Part shown: positions 26,014 through 38,750 of the stretch, in pieces
Layout of the letters: each line of letters starts with the position of its first letter
Numbering within the stretch: the first letter of the stretch is position 1
NCBI GenBank assembly: GCA_001949185.1
Contig: BDGG01000003.1
Span: 1,925,663 to 1,989,662, forward strand
Reading direction: 5' to 3'
Source of the DNA: Ramazzottius varieornatus
Taxonomy: Eukaryota; Animalia; Tardigrada
Length of the DNA stretch: 64,000 nt
Translations under genes and position numbers: made by a program
Notes under the pieces: model-generated
What the model was told of the DNA's origin: nothing
Databases searched by the model: none
What the model saw: the letters and a program-made list of their open reading frames with translations, nothing else

Positions 26014-26488
26014 TCCAATTGATCAAAAACTCCTAGAAACACGCTCTCGGATACTACTGTAAACTGCACATCTCACGTTTCCACAAGGGTAATACTGCGC
26101 AGTGCGCATAGAAGTTTATTCATTACAGAATATTCGAGGAGATACAGAGCCTGGACTGCTGAGTGTACATTTGTTCGCCTATCTTGACACCGATGAAAAG
26201 AGAAAAAGACGAACCGGTATGACAATCATCATGAAGGTGACTACATGAAGTTCTTTCTGTGAAACAAGCTTCGCAAGCTGTTTAGAGTCGCCTTCGTTGG
26301 CAAAGATGCAACCAGGCAGGGTACTTCTTTACTCAGTTGTGGAATAAGACAACATTTCTAGAACGTCTGACTCAGTGGGTATGGTTGCCATCTTCCGTCC
26401 ACGGATAATTCGGCGCATCTCTCCAGCTGGAAGAGAAATACAAATAAAGGATCAAAACCTGTCCGTGTACCGAATCGCAGTCCATTAA

Positions 26489-27018
26489 CACCTTGAGCAC
26501 GGGGCGGGAAACTCACTTTGCCGGCGCACACTCATTTGTGCGTAGCGAGTTTCTACTCTACCTTTTGCTCCCCGTTTTCTTCCGTTTGCCCGGAAAATTA
26601 ACCCTTCTTGAAACTAAAACTAGCGGCTACTGGACACTGGCTCTGCAAACCTGTGTGGAATTTTTTCCTTTCTTAACGGGATTTCGGCGTAGCCAGCAAA
26701 TTACTTTCCAGCCAGGCTCTCAGTTAGTCCAGAGTCACCAAAATAGTTGTTGCGCGAGCCCAAACATTTTAGTATCTTGCGGCAGTTTCAGATTCGTGGA
26801 AAGATCTGCCCTATGGTCATTAAAAAAACCTTGAAGCCTGGCCGTTTTGAGTTGGCAGGTGGCGCACTCTACATCATATTCCAAAATTTTGGCCAATCGA
26901 TGAGGTGGTGATGGGTTTGATTTGGCACCGTCCCCAAGTTTTAACCAGTTAAGACAAGGCGAAAGTAACTTTCCCGCATCGTATTCTGCAAGCACGAAAC
27001 CGCGCAGTGCTCAAGGTG
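26489..27018. mobile_element. piggyBac-type MITE with TTAA target duplication
   Basis: TTAA|CACCTTGAGCACGGGGCGG ... CCGCGCAGTGCTCAAGGTG|TTAA. Confidence 0.9.
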
Positions 27019-27073
27019 TTAAGCCCCGATTCATATTGAACTGTGGCCGAACTATAGCAGACATTTCATCTTA

Positions 27074-28496
27074 CTAGTCGAGACTATGGTATCGGACATT
27101 CTTCATTCCCAGTTGGGCAATGTCCAGCAGGTCGCCGTCATCCAGGTTGAAATCGAAGATCTCGAAGTCCTCACGGAGGTCAGATAGCTTTTCGGCCCGC
27201 GGTAAGACACTAATGTTTTGCTGGACCAACCAGTGGAGAACCACCTGAGCCGGTGACTTTCCATACTTGTCACCAATTCTCTTCAAGATGGGTTCTTCCA
27301 GCAACAGCGGAACAGCCGCGTCCTCACCTGAATGGTTCGAAGAACCAAACGGTGCAAAGGCAGTCACCGCGACGTCGTGTTCGAGACAGAAGGACACCAA
27401 ATCGCTCTGCGGTAAATACGGGTGTATCTCAATCTGTGTATACGGAAAACCATGTTTCACATTTTGCTAACGGTGTCATGTAGAAGGCTGAAGTTGAGAA
27501 CGAAATAGAATACCTCTAAATTAGCCGGCTTGATTCGAGAGTTGTCCAGAATATGTTGAACCTGCTCCCGATTGAAATTGCACAAGCCAATACTTTTGGC
27601 CAGTCCAGCATCAACCAGCAGTTCGAGCTCCTAAAACAGACACGATGCTGACTGTTAATTTCATTGATGGTGTACTCACTGCAATGAACGTAGAATTTTG
27701 TTCGAAACTATATCCAGTCAGGATAATAGGTTGATCCGTCTTACGTTCCATACGAGTAGGGGATCGATATCGCGGAAAAAGGTATGTGGATGCTTGGGAT
27801 GTTTGAATTTCTTGTCGGCATCTGTAAGTATGCACAAGCCGTGTAGGCGCATAAGTTGCACGCTTTTACATGTTTGGGATGTCAGCCAGGCACGGAGCAT
27901 GCTAATGTACTTCCGGTTACCGATCTTAAGGCTACAATGTAGTCCTCTGAATAAGATCATTGATACCAACCCAGAGCTCTAAAGTGTTCCCGATCGACGG
28001 AGATTGGCAACTCCATTGAGTACATATCAAGGTAGCCGAGCTGCAATCGTTCTAACGTGGTTTCGCAAGCGAGACGCACCACAGCTGGTTCGTTCCAAGT
28101 GCAGGGCAACTAGGAAAAAATCGGAAAAAACTTGGATGCTAACGGTACCATCGAGATGAATCCGACCAGCAATTGGCATATATTAACATGTACCTTCGCG
28201 GAAATGAAGAGGTCTTCGCGACTGACGTCGCCACCTTCGATGGCTTCCCTCAGTTTTCCGCCCAGTTCTGCTTCGGTCTCCAGCTCGTTGAGCCCGGAAC
28301 AATCGAAATGGCGGTAACCGATCTTGATGGCTTCTTCCACAGTCCGAGCGGCTTCTCCTGGTGTCGTCTGAAAACAGAGACGGAAAATTCGGTGTCAGAT
28401 ATCACTGAGAGAATTTTTCGATACCTGCCAGGTCCTGAGCCCGAGAACTGGCATGGTCAGTCCATTGTTTAAAAGTACCGTGGGTGGGAAACTCAT
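27074..28496 (-). CDS. Aldo-keto reductase family protein (AKR1-like), multi-exon, with an altered catalytic tetrad
   Basis: LNNGLTMPVLGLRTWQ, AIKIGYRHFDC, SREDLFISAK, LERLQLGYLDMY, GLAKSIGLCNFN, IEIHPYLPQ, IGDKYGKSPAQVVLHW, FEIFDFNL. Confidence 0.92.
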
Positions 28497-28901
28497 CTTG
28501 CGCACTGGCGTAGGATATTGCGCTAACTTAAGAAGTGATCGACGGACTACGAAGGCTTGCGGGAGCAATGTACAAGACCAAAAGCCGAACGTCTCAACGC
28601 ATACTGTGCCGTCTGCACCGGCCTCCCTAAAAGCTACGGTACTCGCAGTCTCGATACTGCAAAGCCACTCCAGAAAGCGAGCCCTCCCCAAAGTCTCCAG
28701 CTCGACTCTCATAAGTAAACAGAAAGGTGCGACGGATCTCAATACGCTACCGCAAATGTTGTAGTACTGTGATCAACACTTTACGCACGAAAAGGCTTTT
28801 GCACGGCAGTGAAATACAACGTTTCCCGCGCGCATGGTCACCGGGTACGTAAGACTATCGTCGGGAATGCTCCATTGAAAAACCACAGAGCTTAGGAAAA
28901 G

Positions 28902-31900
28902 CTAGTCAAAGTTCCTTGCCCGTTTCGCAAAGTTAATCAAATTTGCAGGAGATGACGCAGCTTTCGATTCAAAATCTTCCGGCTTACAAGTCAGCAGGTC
29001 AATCAGTAAAGCAAACTCGGGACTCAACGGTACCGCAAAGTCCTCCACTACGTTCTGCAAGTAACCTACAAACAGAAATCCGTGAACATCGTCATCGAAG
29101 TAATCTCGGTTCCAGCGCGATGTTACTTACGCATATCGGAGATCATTTGTCGCAAACCAAAGCTCGTCGTATGCTTAACTTTCACCACGGCCTGCACGAA
29201 CTTCCTCATGGCTTCGTACACCGCCACCTGGATCCACGCTTCGGTCATCGTGGTCGAGTCTTCCGGAGGTGGAATACCCGTAAACGACAGCACAGACTTC
29301 AGCTTCTTCATGTTGGGTCCTTCACTGGACAACAGTGGGTCCATGATCTGGGGGAGAGTCAACAGGTAGTTGCCGATGCGCGTAATGTAGTCTTGAGGAT
29401 CCAGTCCGAAGCTGGGTATGTCAGCTGCCGCGCCCTTGGACGCACTGTTGGTCCAACTGGACAACGAAGCGATTCCTTCCAGGTACTTGTCTACTGGCTG
29501 AAGGATGAGAGCTAAAATGTTATGGAAGATCTCGTTCGTCTTCTGTCGTATGGTATGAATTGATGTGGGGAAGATTGGAAAGTGAATCTGTTGAGGAAGG
29601 CTATTCTGAACGTAGTCCAGTTGCAGCAAGACATCGCCTACAAAACTTCGCCATGAACCCCCGATCGAAATTAAAGAGTGTTCTTCTGTCGAGAATATTA
29701 TTTTGGGAAGCCTGTAGATGGACGGATACTACGTGGGATGTCGCCCAGTGTTATTTTATTGATTGTAATAGATAATTGAAAATGGCCGAAAACCGGCTCT
29801 TATAAATTTTACTACCATAATTAAAATTGCCAAACCCAGCCGACGGATTTTACTATATAGTGAAATTATAGTAAAATTGGCTGGATGGTGGGATAGTAAA
29901 ATAGATAATTAAAATCAGGCCAAACTGCAATTAAAATGGGACCGAAATGCGGAAAGGGGGTTGAAACTGCGCAATCGATGGTATTTTCTGCATCGTTTCT
30001 GTTTGACATCAGGCAACATCCGCGAAACGTATCCTAGGTACTGCGTACAAGCTCAGTTTGCGCACCGGGTTATGGAAAACGAGCTGCGCACCACATACAG
30101 TGTAGGCAAATAAGGTACTCTAAGAGGGGGCAAGGCTAAAATCAGCGTGACGCAGAAAGCAAACAGCTGATCAAGCTGCAATCCAGAGACGTGAACTGCC
30201 GCTTGATCTGCTGATTACTTCGAGCCGGAGTTTCTACGTCACTTGGCGAAAACTCGAGTTGGCCCTCCCCCTTTTAGAGTAACTTAATTGCCCACACTGT
30301 AGTTTCGTTTTCGCGCACCGTGAATTGTGCGTTTTGTTATGCTGCGGTGCATTGGTTCAACGACTGAAGATCTAACAGTGCGCCATCATGGTGTGAAACG
30401 TGCCAGTTTCCATCGCCCCGCAATTAAAATAATTAAAATTGCTGCTGCTAACATAAGTAAAATCAATAGATAATAGACAATTCTACGAGAACCGTTTCCT
30501 GCAATTAAAATTATGAAGCCTGATAGAATTTTAATGATAGTAATTGGAATTAAAATTCCGAAAGTCATAGTACAATAACACCGATGTCGGCAAACAAACT
30601 GAACGTGATCGCTGTACCAAGTGGCGCACGATTCCATTGCTGTTGGCTGAGAATGTGCGCCACTGCGGGAAAATTTTATGGTCAAACTAAGTGGCGCACG
30701 GTTTCATTATCACTGGCTGAAAGTGTGCGCCACTTGAGGATACTACCGTGTTCCAAGTCAGTTTGCCGACGCGTCGATCTCCCCTGTTACGTACCGTAAT
30801 GCAGAAGGACCTTCAGCAGGTCGTTCCAGCTATCCAGCCCCTTATCCGGGAACTCGGTCTTTCGTTCGGATGAACTCAACCCCGAGTTCGTCAAGAGGTC
30901 CTGAGCAAACACCGCAACCCTACTGACGTAACCATCGACCGATGCATCAAGCGCTCTCCCAAGGTCGGACAGGAGGTTAGCAGTAACGGTGGAACCATCC
31001 GCGAACTGCTGACATCTGGCCACAGCAGCGAATAACACCGAACCAATGCGCATGCTGGCTGCAGTTAGACCCTGAAGACTCTTCGCCGTATCCGCGACAG
31101 CTAAAACAGTCTTGGACATTTCAGACTGCAGGACAAGTTCCTCAACCTCAACGTAGTGCCCCATAGCATTATCCAAAGGTTCTTTCAACGTCGTCACGAA
31201 GTCTGTCACAGTCTGTTGTTGTGTGGAATGTTTGTGGTATTCTTTCTCGATGGCGAATGCGAAGGCTTCCCGAGAACGTTTCAGCTGCAAAAGGCTGCCT
31301 AAATATTCCTGCGCGGCCTCGGAAGTGGCAATGTTCTCTCGAGTGTTTTGTAGCTGAGTCTGTATTTTCGGGTTCACTTTTGTTATCACTCTCGTGTACA
31401 TTTCAAGCAAAGCTTGAGCCGCGCTGTTGCCGAACGCAGCCATAAAGACTGGCATCTGAAGATGCCACGCTGTCAGTAAATCTTCGTAGAAATTACTGAC
31501 GACCTCATCGAACAATAATTCCGAAGTCTCCTCCTACAAGAAAAAAGATCGAATACTAAATCCAAAATAAAATTGTTTGAAATCGTAAATTCGTAAGTTA
31601 CATTGAAATTTACCAAAAGTTGCTCGGACTGTTTTTCCCATCGATTTACGAACTGTCTCAACCTGGTCTCCTTCAACACCCTCTTGGCTGTTTCCATTCG
31701 TTCCATAACGCCAAAGACTTGGAGAATCTTCTGCAGCGGTCCATCAGATGGAACACTCTGCCGTCTCGTTTCCGCGGTCCACGGGACATTGCTCGCCAAG
31801 GCCGAGATCAACCGCGGGATCAACGCGCTCTCCGTCGAGTTCTTGATCTCCTCCAGCTGTCCATGCCGCTCATTAGAGTCTAACGAATCCGTTAGAGACG

Positions 31901-32532
31901 CTAGACACTTCTTCAGAGCGACCATCCGAGCATGTAGAACGTCGAAGTCGCCACCCGCTATGACGTCTTTGAAGTTGGACAAGAGGGCTTCCCAGTTGTC
32001 CTGGTTCTCCAAGGACCGATAGGTCTGTTCCATCCTGCGCTTGACGGTTTCGGTTGCGCGCATCTTCTGGACAGCAAGATTAGACTGGCCGGAATCCGTT
32101 AGGAGGGATTCGACCGCGGAAACATCTTGGATGAGGTAGTCGAAGCGAGTGCGGATTTGGGGGATGTCGCGCGAGAGAGAAGAGTGGACGCGAGGGAGAT
32201 GGTTGCAGATGTCGTCGAGACCTTGTTGCTCTTTGTACATTTGCAGATTGAGGTTTGACAGAAGCTTCGCTGAGTAACCCTATAAGTTAATATTAATACA
32301 TTTGAACAACTAGAACTCCAGGAGTCGAGGAGAATTTCTGCACGGGTGCGACGACTTACTTCCGGTTGCTCGTCCGCGCCACGGGACGCAAACTGTTGGT
32401 TTAGCCACTCGACCGGCGTCAGACCCGTTGTCGCTGCGAATTCCTACGGATCAGAAGTGTTGTAACTTTCGGATGATACCATGGTAAATCTGATAGGCAT
32501 CTGCGAGATATAAATGCAGCGTATCTTACCAT
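28902..32532 (-). CDS. COG7: Conserved oligomeric Golgi complex subunit 7
   Basis: PVEWLN, SLENQDNWEAL, QLEEIKNSTESALIPRLISAL, DIPSFGLDPQDYITRIGNYLLTLPQIMDP and QMISDMRYLQNVVED match COG7 motifs. Multi-exon. Confidence 0.88.
29746..30583. mobile_element. hAT-type MITE in a COG7 intron
   Basis: Ends CAGTGTTATT / AATAACACCG; near-perfect 8-bp TSD ATGTCGCC / ATGTCGGC; repeated AATTAAAAT subterminal motifs. Confidence 0.72.
30098..30299. mobile_element. Tc1/mariner-type MITE nested in the hAT MITE
   Basis: TA|CAGTGTAGGCAAATAAGGTACTCTAAGAGGGGG ... CCCCCTTTTAGAGTAACTTAATTGCCCACACTG|TA. Confidence 0.82.
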
Positions 32533-32799
32533 TAGTCTTGTCTCTTGAGGGTGCGACGGCAGCGATGCTGATGATTTCGTCGTGGTGACTTGTACAATAT
32601 GCATGCATCCGAGAAATCCTTGCTGTGGTGGTCCTACTCCGGCTGTAGACGCCTCAGTAAGGGAACTTCGATCGCGAAGGACAGTTCGTAGTGGAGCGAA
32701 CACCCTGTGGCGAGTCGATGATGTCCGAACTCGGACTCCGAAGAAGATTACACGTGAAAGCCACCGAAAGCTCAAGAAGTTGACAGAACAGATTAACAG

Positions 32800-33182
32800 A
32801 ACCAGGCTTATTCTGAATGCCTACACGCGCCTGGCCTAAATATTGGCATGGACAAAAAGTTGGCAGCCTGCCGAAAGCGGCAACTCATATTATATGGGCC
32901 AGCGGCAGACTAGATCAGTAAGGCGGGGCTAGTTTAGGAAGTATGGAACGGGAACAAGGAGAAAATTATTTTTAGTCGGCCAATCAAGATTATCCCAAGA
33001 CCGAGGTTCTGTTCGCTGGTTGGTCGTTTATGGATATTCTTTAAATTCATGCCCTACTTCATCTGGCCGCGCCTTACTGATCTGCTCTGCCGCTTGCCGC
33101 CTGCCGCTTTCGGCCGGCGGCCAATTGTTTTGTCCATGCCAACAGTTGGGCGAGGCGCGTGTAGGCATTCTGGAAACCTGGT
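32800..33182. mobile_element. Foldback/MITE with long imperfect inverted arms (about 130 bp)
   Basis: GAATGCCTACACGCGCCT...TTGGCATGGACAAAA...AGATCAGTAAGGCG is mirrored by CGCCTTACTGATCT...TTTTGTCCATGCCAA...AGGCGCGTGTAGGCATTC. Confidence 0.8.
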
Positions 33183-33197
33183 ATTCGATTTCTATCC

Positions 33198-33375
33198 AGA
33201 TTGCGAGCGGAAGCGCACTAGCACAGTTCGATACGCACAGGAATATCGTGACATCATCGGAACAAGTCCGTCTCGTAGACTCTGTGTTAAAGGAGTCGCA
33301 CAATGTTTACTTATGACGTCACGATGTTCTTATGTGTATCGAATTGTGCTAGTGCGTTGTCCCTCGTAATCTCTA
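33198..33375. mobile_element. About 180-bp MITE, copy A
   Basis: Arms GCGCACTAGCACAGTTCGATAC / GTATCGAATTGTGCTAGTGCG; an inverted homologue lies at 44879-45046. Confidence 0.82.
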
Positions 33376-33441
33376 TACTGATAACATTTCATAACCAGCT
33401 GATCTGCTGATCATGCACGAGCTGCTAAATATGGCCTTGCT

Positions 33442-34060
33442 TAGTGCTGGCAACGATACAGTATACCGATATCGTATCGAAATATATCGAATCTTTGCGA
33501 TAAAATATGCGGAAGATGTCGTATCGAAAATATCGATATGCAACTTGTATCGAATAATGCAATGAAATATTCGGCGATATCGTATCGCGCCATATCGGTA
33601 TATTTTCGATATATCGATATTTTGCTGAATGGCAAACTCGCCAGTGAATCTCGTTTACGGAAGACCATGGTTGATTCCAAAACTTGATTTTGGCCGTGGT
33701 GTACCGAGCACACTCCGCCCATTCGGTTCTGGTACTAATTCTGTCTAGGCTTCCATGTGTTTGAAGTCTTGGGATAGTCATGTCTTTGCTGAATCCGACA
33801 CTTTCGATCTTACTAATACTTTATGTGGAGATCGGCTTCTTGAGTTTTTGGGCTTGGACCAGTGAAATTCCGAAAAACTAAAATTCCAGAAATATCGATA
33901 TATCGCTGCGATATGATACGATATATTGAAAATACGGTAACGGAAAAATATTGCATCGAAATATGGATATCGAACGAATATCGAAGACCGCGATAGAATA
34001 TCCGCCGATATTGTATCGAAAAATATCGTATCGAATTTTATCGTATTTTTGCCAGCACTA
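33442..34060. mobile_element. hAT-type MITE with 8-bp TSD GCCTTGCT
   Basis: TAGTGCTGGCAA ... TTGCCAGCACTA; GCCTTGCT at 33434-33441 and 34061-34068; dense TATCG/CGATA subterminal repeats. Confidence 0.93.
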
Positions 34061-34507
34061 GCCTTGCTTGAGCGTTGCTTGCCTGGAATACCACCGGAAC
34101 GTATGGTTGATTAGTTGACAGACACTACAAATAATTTGTGCAAAGCCATATTCATTTTGCAGCTCATGCATGCAGCTGATCCTCGAACGTCGCGAAATCT
34201 GTTGTGCATACCAAATCTCTGCTGCTCATCCGCGCATTCGCGCACGTGTCAAGATCCTGCAGCATCTGGCCTCGAGCTGTGCTACCTCATTCTTCTTGAT
34301 TCAGCTTAGAAAGTTATCTGCGGTAGATGTGGTAGGTTCCAGCGGATACTCTGGAACCCGGCAAGGCAAAAGCGGAGCTTATCACATCAGACCAGAGCTT
34401 TCCCTCGCAGGTATGTGCGCACTTCTTTCAAAGTCTTTCAAACATCCACAAGACAGCAGCAATTATCGAAATTTTGTCTCGCAGGTACAGAATAGATCCC
34501 TAACACC

Positions 34508-35713
34508 ATGGAAGCTATGAAAATATCGGCAAAGACGCACGAGGAGTCTGCCAATAGTTCCCACAACGGTAGCAGCAGCTCCCTCAAGATGGTACGTTTG
34601 CACGGACAATCGTCACTGTTAGACATTTTGTCTATTCTTCGCGGGGTTGGTCTGTCGATGATGGAACACACTACTCGTTGCAGGAGAATGGAATGACACA
34701 CGGAATATATGCGAAAATGGCGAAAGAGAAGTTGAACGCTAGTCATCTCGCTGAACGAATCAACTCCACCGAGCGCCTGAAGAAGGAATCTACAGAGCAC
34801 CTTTCACATCTCGAGGATGGACCAAGGCGTTCTACAAGTGAGGATGCAGAGTTGTTTGATACGGCAATACTGAAGGATCTGGAGTTTGCAAAGACCCTCA
34901 ACGAGCGAGGTGAAATTAGCATAAGTCCTGCGACCTCCGAAGACTCGCTGGTACTCCGCGCACTGCGTCGCAGTGACTATCATCTCGGTAAGTGTCCACA
35001 AGGCCACACCGAAATACCTAGTCATTAAAACTGATGGTGTGGTGTTTCGTTTCGCAGAGTATATGGAACTTCTTTCACAGCTAACGGTAGTCGGGGCCGT
35101 GACTCAAGACATGTTCGAGAGTGAGTACTGTACGTGCTGTTCAACTGTATCGAGAAAGGGTTCTCGGTTGTTTTGTCTTAACTGTTTCCATGCTCGAATA
35201 TATTTGTTTCAGAACGGTTTGATTCCATGAGACGCGCAGAAGGAAGTTATTACACGATAGTGATCGAAGAAAAGTTACCCAAGCGGAGAATTGTCGGATC
35301 GGCCACTCTGGTCATCGAGCAAAAGTTCATCCGCGCTACTGCACTGGTGAGCTCCCAACTCGATCGATCATCGTTGGTTTCTAAGATTATCTAGTACTAT
35401 CTTGTCGTGCAGAGAGGGAGGGTGGAGGATGTGGTCGTACATCGGGATCGGCGCGGCCAAGATTTAGGGAAATTGTATGTAACCTAAGTCTGTCAGCATG
35501 CGATAGCATGTTAGGATCGAAGAACTTCTTGGTCGGATGTGGACAGTGAGCACTCATTATAGGTTGATGGAGGTGGCGACTGTGTTGTCGAAGTCATTGG
35601 GATGCTACAAAGTCTCTTTGGAATGTAAGGATCGGCTGGTTGAGTTCTATAGCCAGTTCGGCTATCAAGTGGATCCCGGAAACAATTACATGATGCAGAG
35701 GTTCCACGAGTGA
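34508..35713 (+). CDS. GNPNAT1: Glucosamine-6-phosphate N-acetyltransferase
   Basis: LVLRALRRSDY, YMELLSQLTVVG, IVGSATLVIEQKFIR, RGRVEDVVV...RGQDLGK and LGCYKVSLECKDRLVEFYSQFGY across short exons. The 5' start is less certain. Confidence 0.93.
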
Positions 35714-36209
35714 AGATTGTCGTTACTGTACTTACTATTTCCTCACATCCACCGCATTCGCAAGCGCCACATTTTATTTTTATACGTTTGAATACTCCAG
35801 GAACTTGGGGTGGTGCCTATGTATCCCAAAATCGCGGTGTCTTCTCAGCGACTCCCAGTGAGACTATTTTACTTACTACTAAACTGTTTCATAGTTTGCC
35901 ATCCAATTTGTTGTGATGTATTTTTTTCGAATGGATGGCTCTTTTGCCATCTTCTAAATTCCGAAAACTAACGAAGAGCCTAAGGCAGTCGAATGATTGC
36001 CAAGGGGATATTCTCGTAACCTTTACTTTCCCTCAAATCTCGAATTAAAGTTTCGGCGACTTCCGCTTCGTTTGATTGTTTTACTAATGACTAAAATCCG
36101 GAAACCTTGTGCCAAAACCGGCGTAACTCTTTCCGAAAAAATCAAATTTCGCGTACTCAACGAATACTGATTCTTACTCAACACTTCAATCAACGTCATA
36201 TTACCAGCG

Positions 36210-38501
36210 ATGTCTACCGAAGCAGATTCGCAAGTAGAACCTGCGTCAGCACCAACGCCGGCGGTCAAGTCGACCACATCGCAACCGGCTCCACAAAGTA
36301 CTCCGTCAGTGACCGCGAATACTCCCTCGTCTCCCCAGTTATCTCCCAACCCTACGCCTTCTCATAGTCAAGAAATTGCTGTTGGTCACACTCCAGACAA
36401 AAGCAAGTCGCATTCAACCGCGAACAAGCCCACTTCCTCATCAGGTAACCCAGCCGCAAAGCCCAAACCGATCAGTGCCGTACGGAGTCCTTCGGCTCCT
36501 TCCAAGAAATCGACGGACAACAGGCCAGCTGCTGGACTTCCTTCACCGGCCAAAGGGAAGTCTTCAGCCCAACCGGTAAGTCCTTCCAAGGAGGGCAAGG
36601 ATCGGCCGAAAAAAGACGGTGATGAGAAAGATAAGTCTGCTGATCCGGTTAAACCGAAACAGCCCTTCTACTCCACGGTAAACGCCACAACAGCGCATAT
36701 CCCACCGCGTCATCCATCGCAGAGACACAAGTCGAAGAACCCGACGGTTGATCCTCCTGTACCTGATGCGTCTGCGGCTCCCGCTGACCAAACCGATAAG
36801 ACCAAATCGAACGCTGTAGGTAGTGCGGGAAGTTCGAGGGACAAGAAAGCGACTTCCGGGTTAGCCGCTGCGAGGGAACCCGCTGATAAAGCAGCAACAG
36901 CGAGTGCAACTAAAGACGCGAAAGGCCAGAAGGGAGCTGCTGACAGTGCTAGGGAAGGCCAGAAACCCGACGACCAACCTGCAGATGATGTGAAGATGAC
37001 CAGGTCGAGAACTTGGGATAGCAAGCCAGCGAAGCGACCGAAGGAGAAACCGGCCAACAAGGAAGCAAAAAAGACAGCAACTCCACACGCGACGAAAGAC
37101 GCGAAGGGACAGAAACCTGATGGTCAGCTGGAAGATGAGGTGAAGGTGACCAGGTCGAAAACTTGGGATGATAAGCCGGCCAAGCGACCTAAAGAAAAGG
37201 AGAAACCAGCTGGTAACGACACAGCGGCAAGGAGCGCTGTGGGGGACTCCAAAGGACAGAAACGGTCAGCTAAGCAGAGCTTCCCCAGGCCGGTAGTGAT
37301 CGGACCAGATGGCCAGCCTGTGGAGGATGCGAAGTTAACAAGGTCGAAAACGTGGGATGAAAAGCCAGCTAAACGACCAAAGGTAAAGGAGAAGCCGAAT
37401 GGAGCCGAGGCGCCACCCGAATCTGGGCCTCAACCTGGACCACATGTGAGTAGTCAAATATTCGTCGTTCCCAACCATAATTATGACCATAGAAGACCCA
37501 ATAATATTATTTATAGTAGATTGAACCTCACGATCGGTTTTTGCGAGCGGTGTATCTGTTTTCATTTCAGAATATTGTGCCGGTATCGAGTAACATCTCT
37601 ATGAGATCTACATCCGGGAAACCAACGGTAAGATCAACCGCACTCTTGCGGGTTTATCTTATGCATCAAATCCATCTTGCTGGGTATATAGCTTCTTTCT
37701 GGTCCACTAGAATAGACTGTGGATTCGGTAAACGAAGCTGGCCGATACAAGGAGTACAATCAGGTTCAAGACCCTATGAAGAACCACGAAGCCTTCTTGG
37801 ATACTCACTACGCACGGATCAACAAAATCCACAAGAACTATGGAGCAGGTACAAACAGCGCTTTCTTTTCGCTGCCTTCGCATCCGCAACAAGTCCATCG
37901 GTCGGTTGAGAAAAATGTGATTTCAGTGGATTGCAGCTGCCCGAAGAGCTTTGGGAAATATCGAAGGTAAGACTTTTCCAATTAATTTACTTCAGTGTGC
38001 ACGTGGCTTGAGATTATTGCAACAGAAGATGTATCTGTGTAGCAAGTTTGAGGTGATCCGGAGATGGAACAACATCAACATTGGCCGGCAAAACTACAAG
38101 TTCTTCGAGATGTTATCCACGGCCAAGTCCCATTATGATAACGTGAAGTGCATGGCATCTTATGAGGTACGTTCCCACAGTATGCCTGCACTCCCTGCAG
38201 AAAATACAGGAATCTATACTGGTGTCAAGCTCATTGACTGGCTGTGCAGTTTCTGGAGCAAAGTCGTACTTTGCAGAAAATGCGACACGCGATGGAACAC
38301 AAGGTCAAAAACTCCAAAATGATCGCAAGAAACCGGCGCGTGCGGTTGGGTGCTCGTCTCGCCCACCCATCCGTCACGTTTCCGAAAGACGTCGTCAGGA
38401 AGGTCCGTAATGGACTGAATGGACCTGATATGATATCCCAACAGAAAAAGCTGTCGAGCACCGTACCCAGCTGGCGAACTGTCCACGGAAAAGGGAAGTA
38501 G
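36210..38501 (+). CDS. About 613-aa protein: basic disordered N-terminus with three repeats plus a putative CFAP97/Hemingway-like C-terminus; exons 36210-37445, 37571-37627, 37716-37848, 37927-37966, 38043-38166, 38250-38501
   Basis: All six exons join in frame. The C-terminus HYARINKIHKNYGAVDCSCPKSF...NIGRQNYKFFEML...KMIARNRRVRLGARLAHPSV resembles the CFAP97-domain pattern (domain call tentative). Confidence 0.7.
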
Positions 38502-38750
38502 TTTTCGAATTCACAATCACCTCCAAGTAAAACTAATGGAATAACTAATCCAATTTATATTGCCTAGCTGTTTCGAGAACTATGCAAATGGAATGTATTG
38601 TCTGTAGTTTGGTTAAGTCAGCCATATGCTTTGGAAAGGAGAAAACCATAATACTGTCTAGATAACTAAAGCTCGTGGTTCTTCTTTTGAACACCTTCAA
38701 AGTTCGCCCAGTGGAGTTCTTGACGAGTAGAGGTTGACGTTGTCGAAAAG

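Noticed and set aside
33049-33369. Apparent paralogous ORFs at 33049-33369 (+) and 44797-45096 (-)
   Set aside because: The similarity comes from two copies of a non-coding MITE.
33425-33781. ORFs rich in I/S/Y/R/D
   Set aside because: These are translations of the TATCG subterminal repeats of the hAT MITE.
36210-37604. Resemblance to the tardigrade Dsup protein (basic, disordered, S/A/K/G-rich)
   Set aside because: The similarity is compositional only. No Dsup motifs were recognised, and the ORF splices to an unrelated helical C-terminus.
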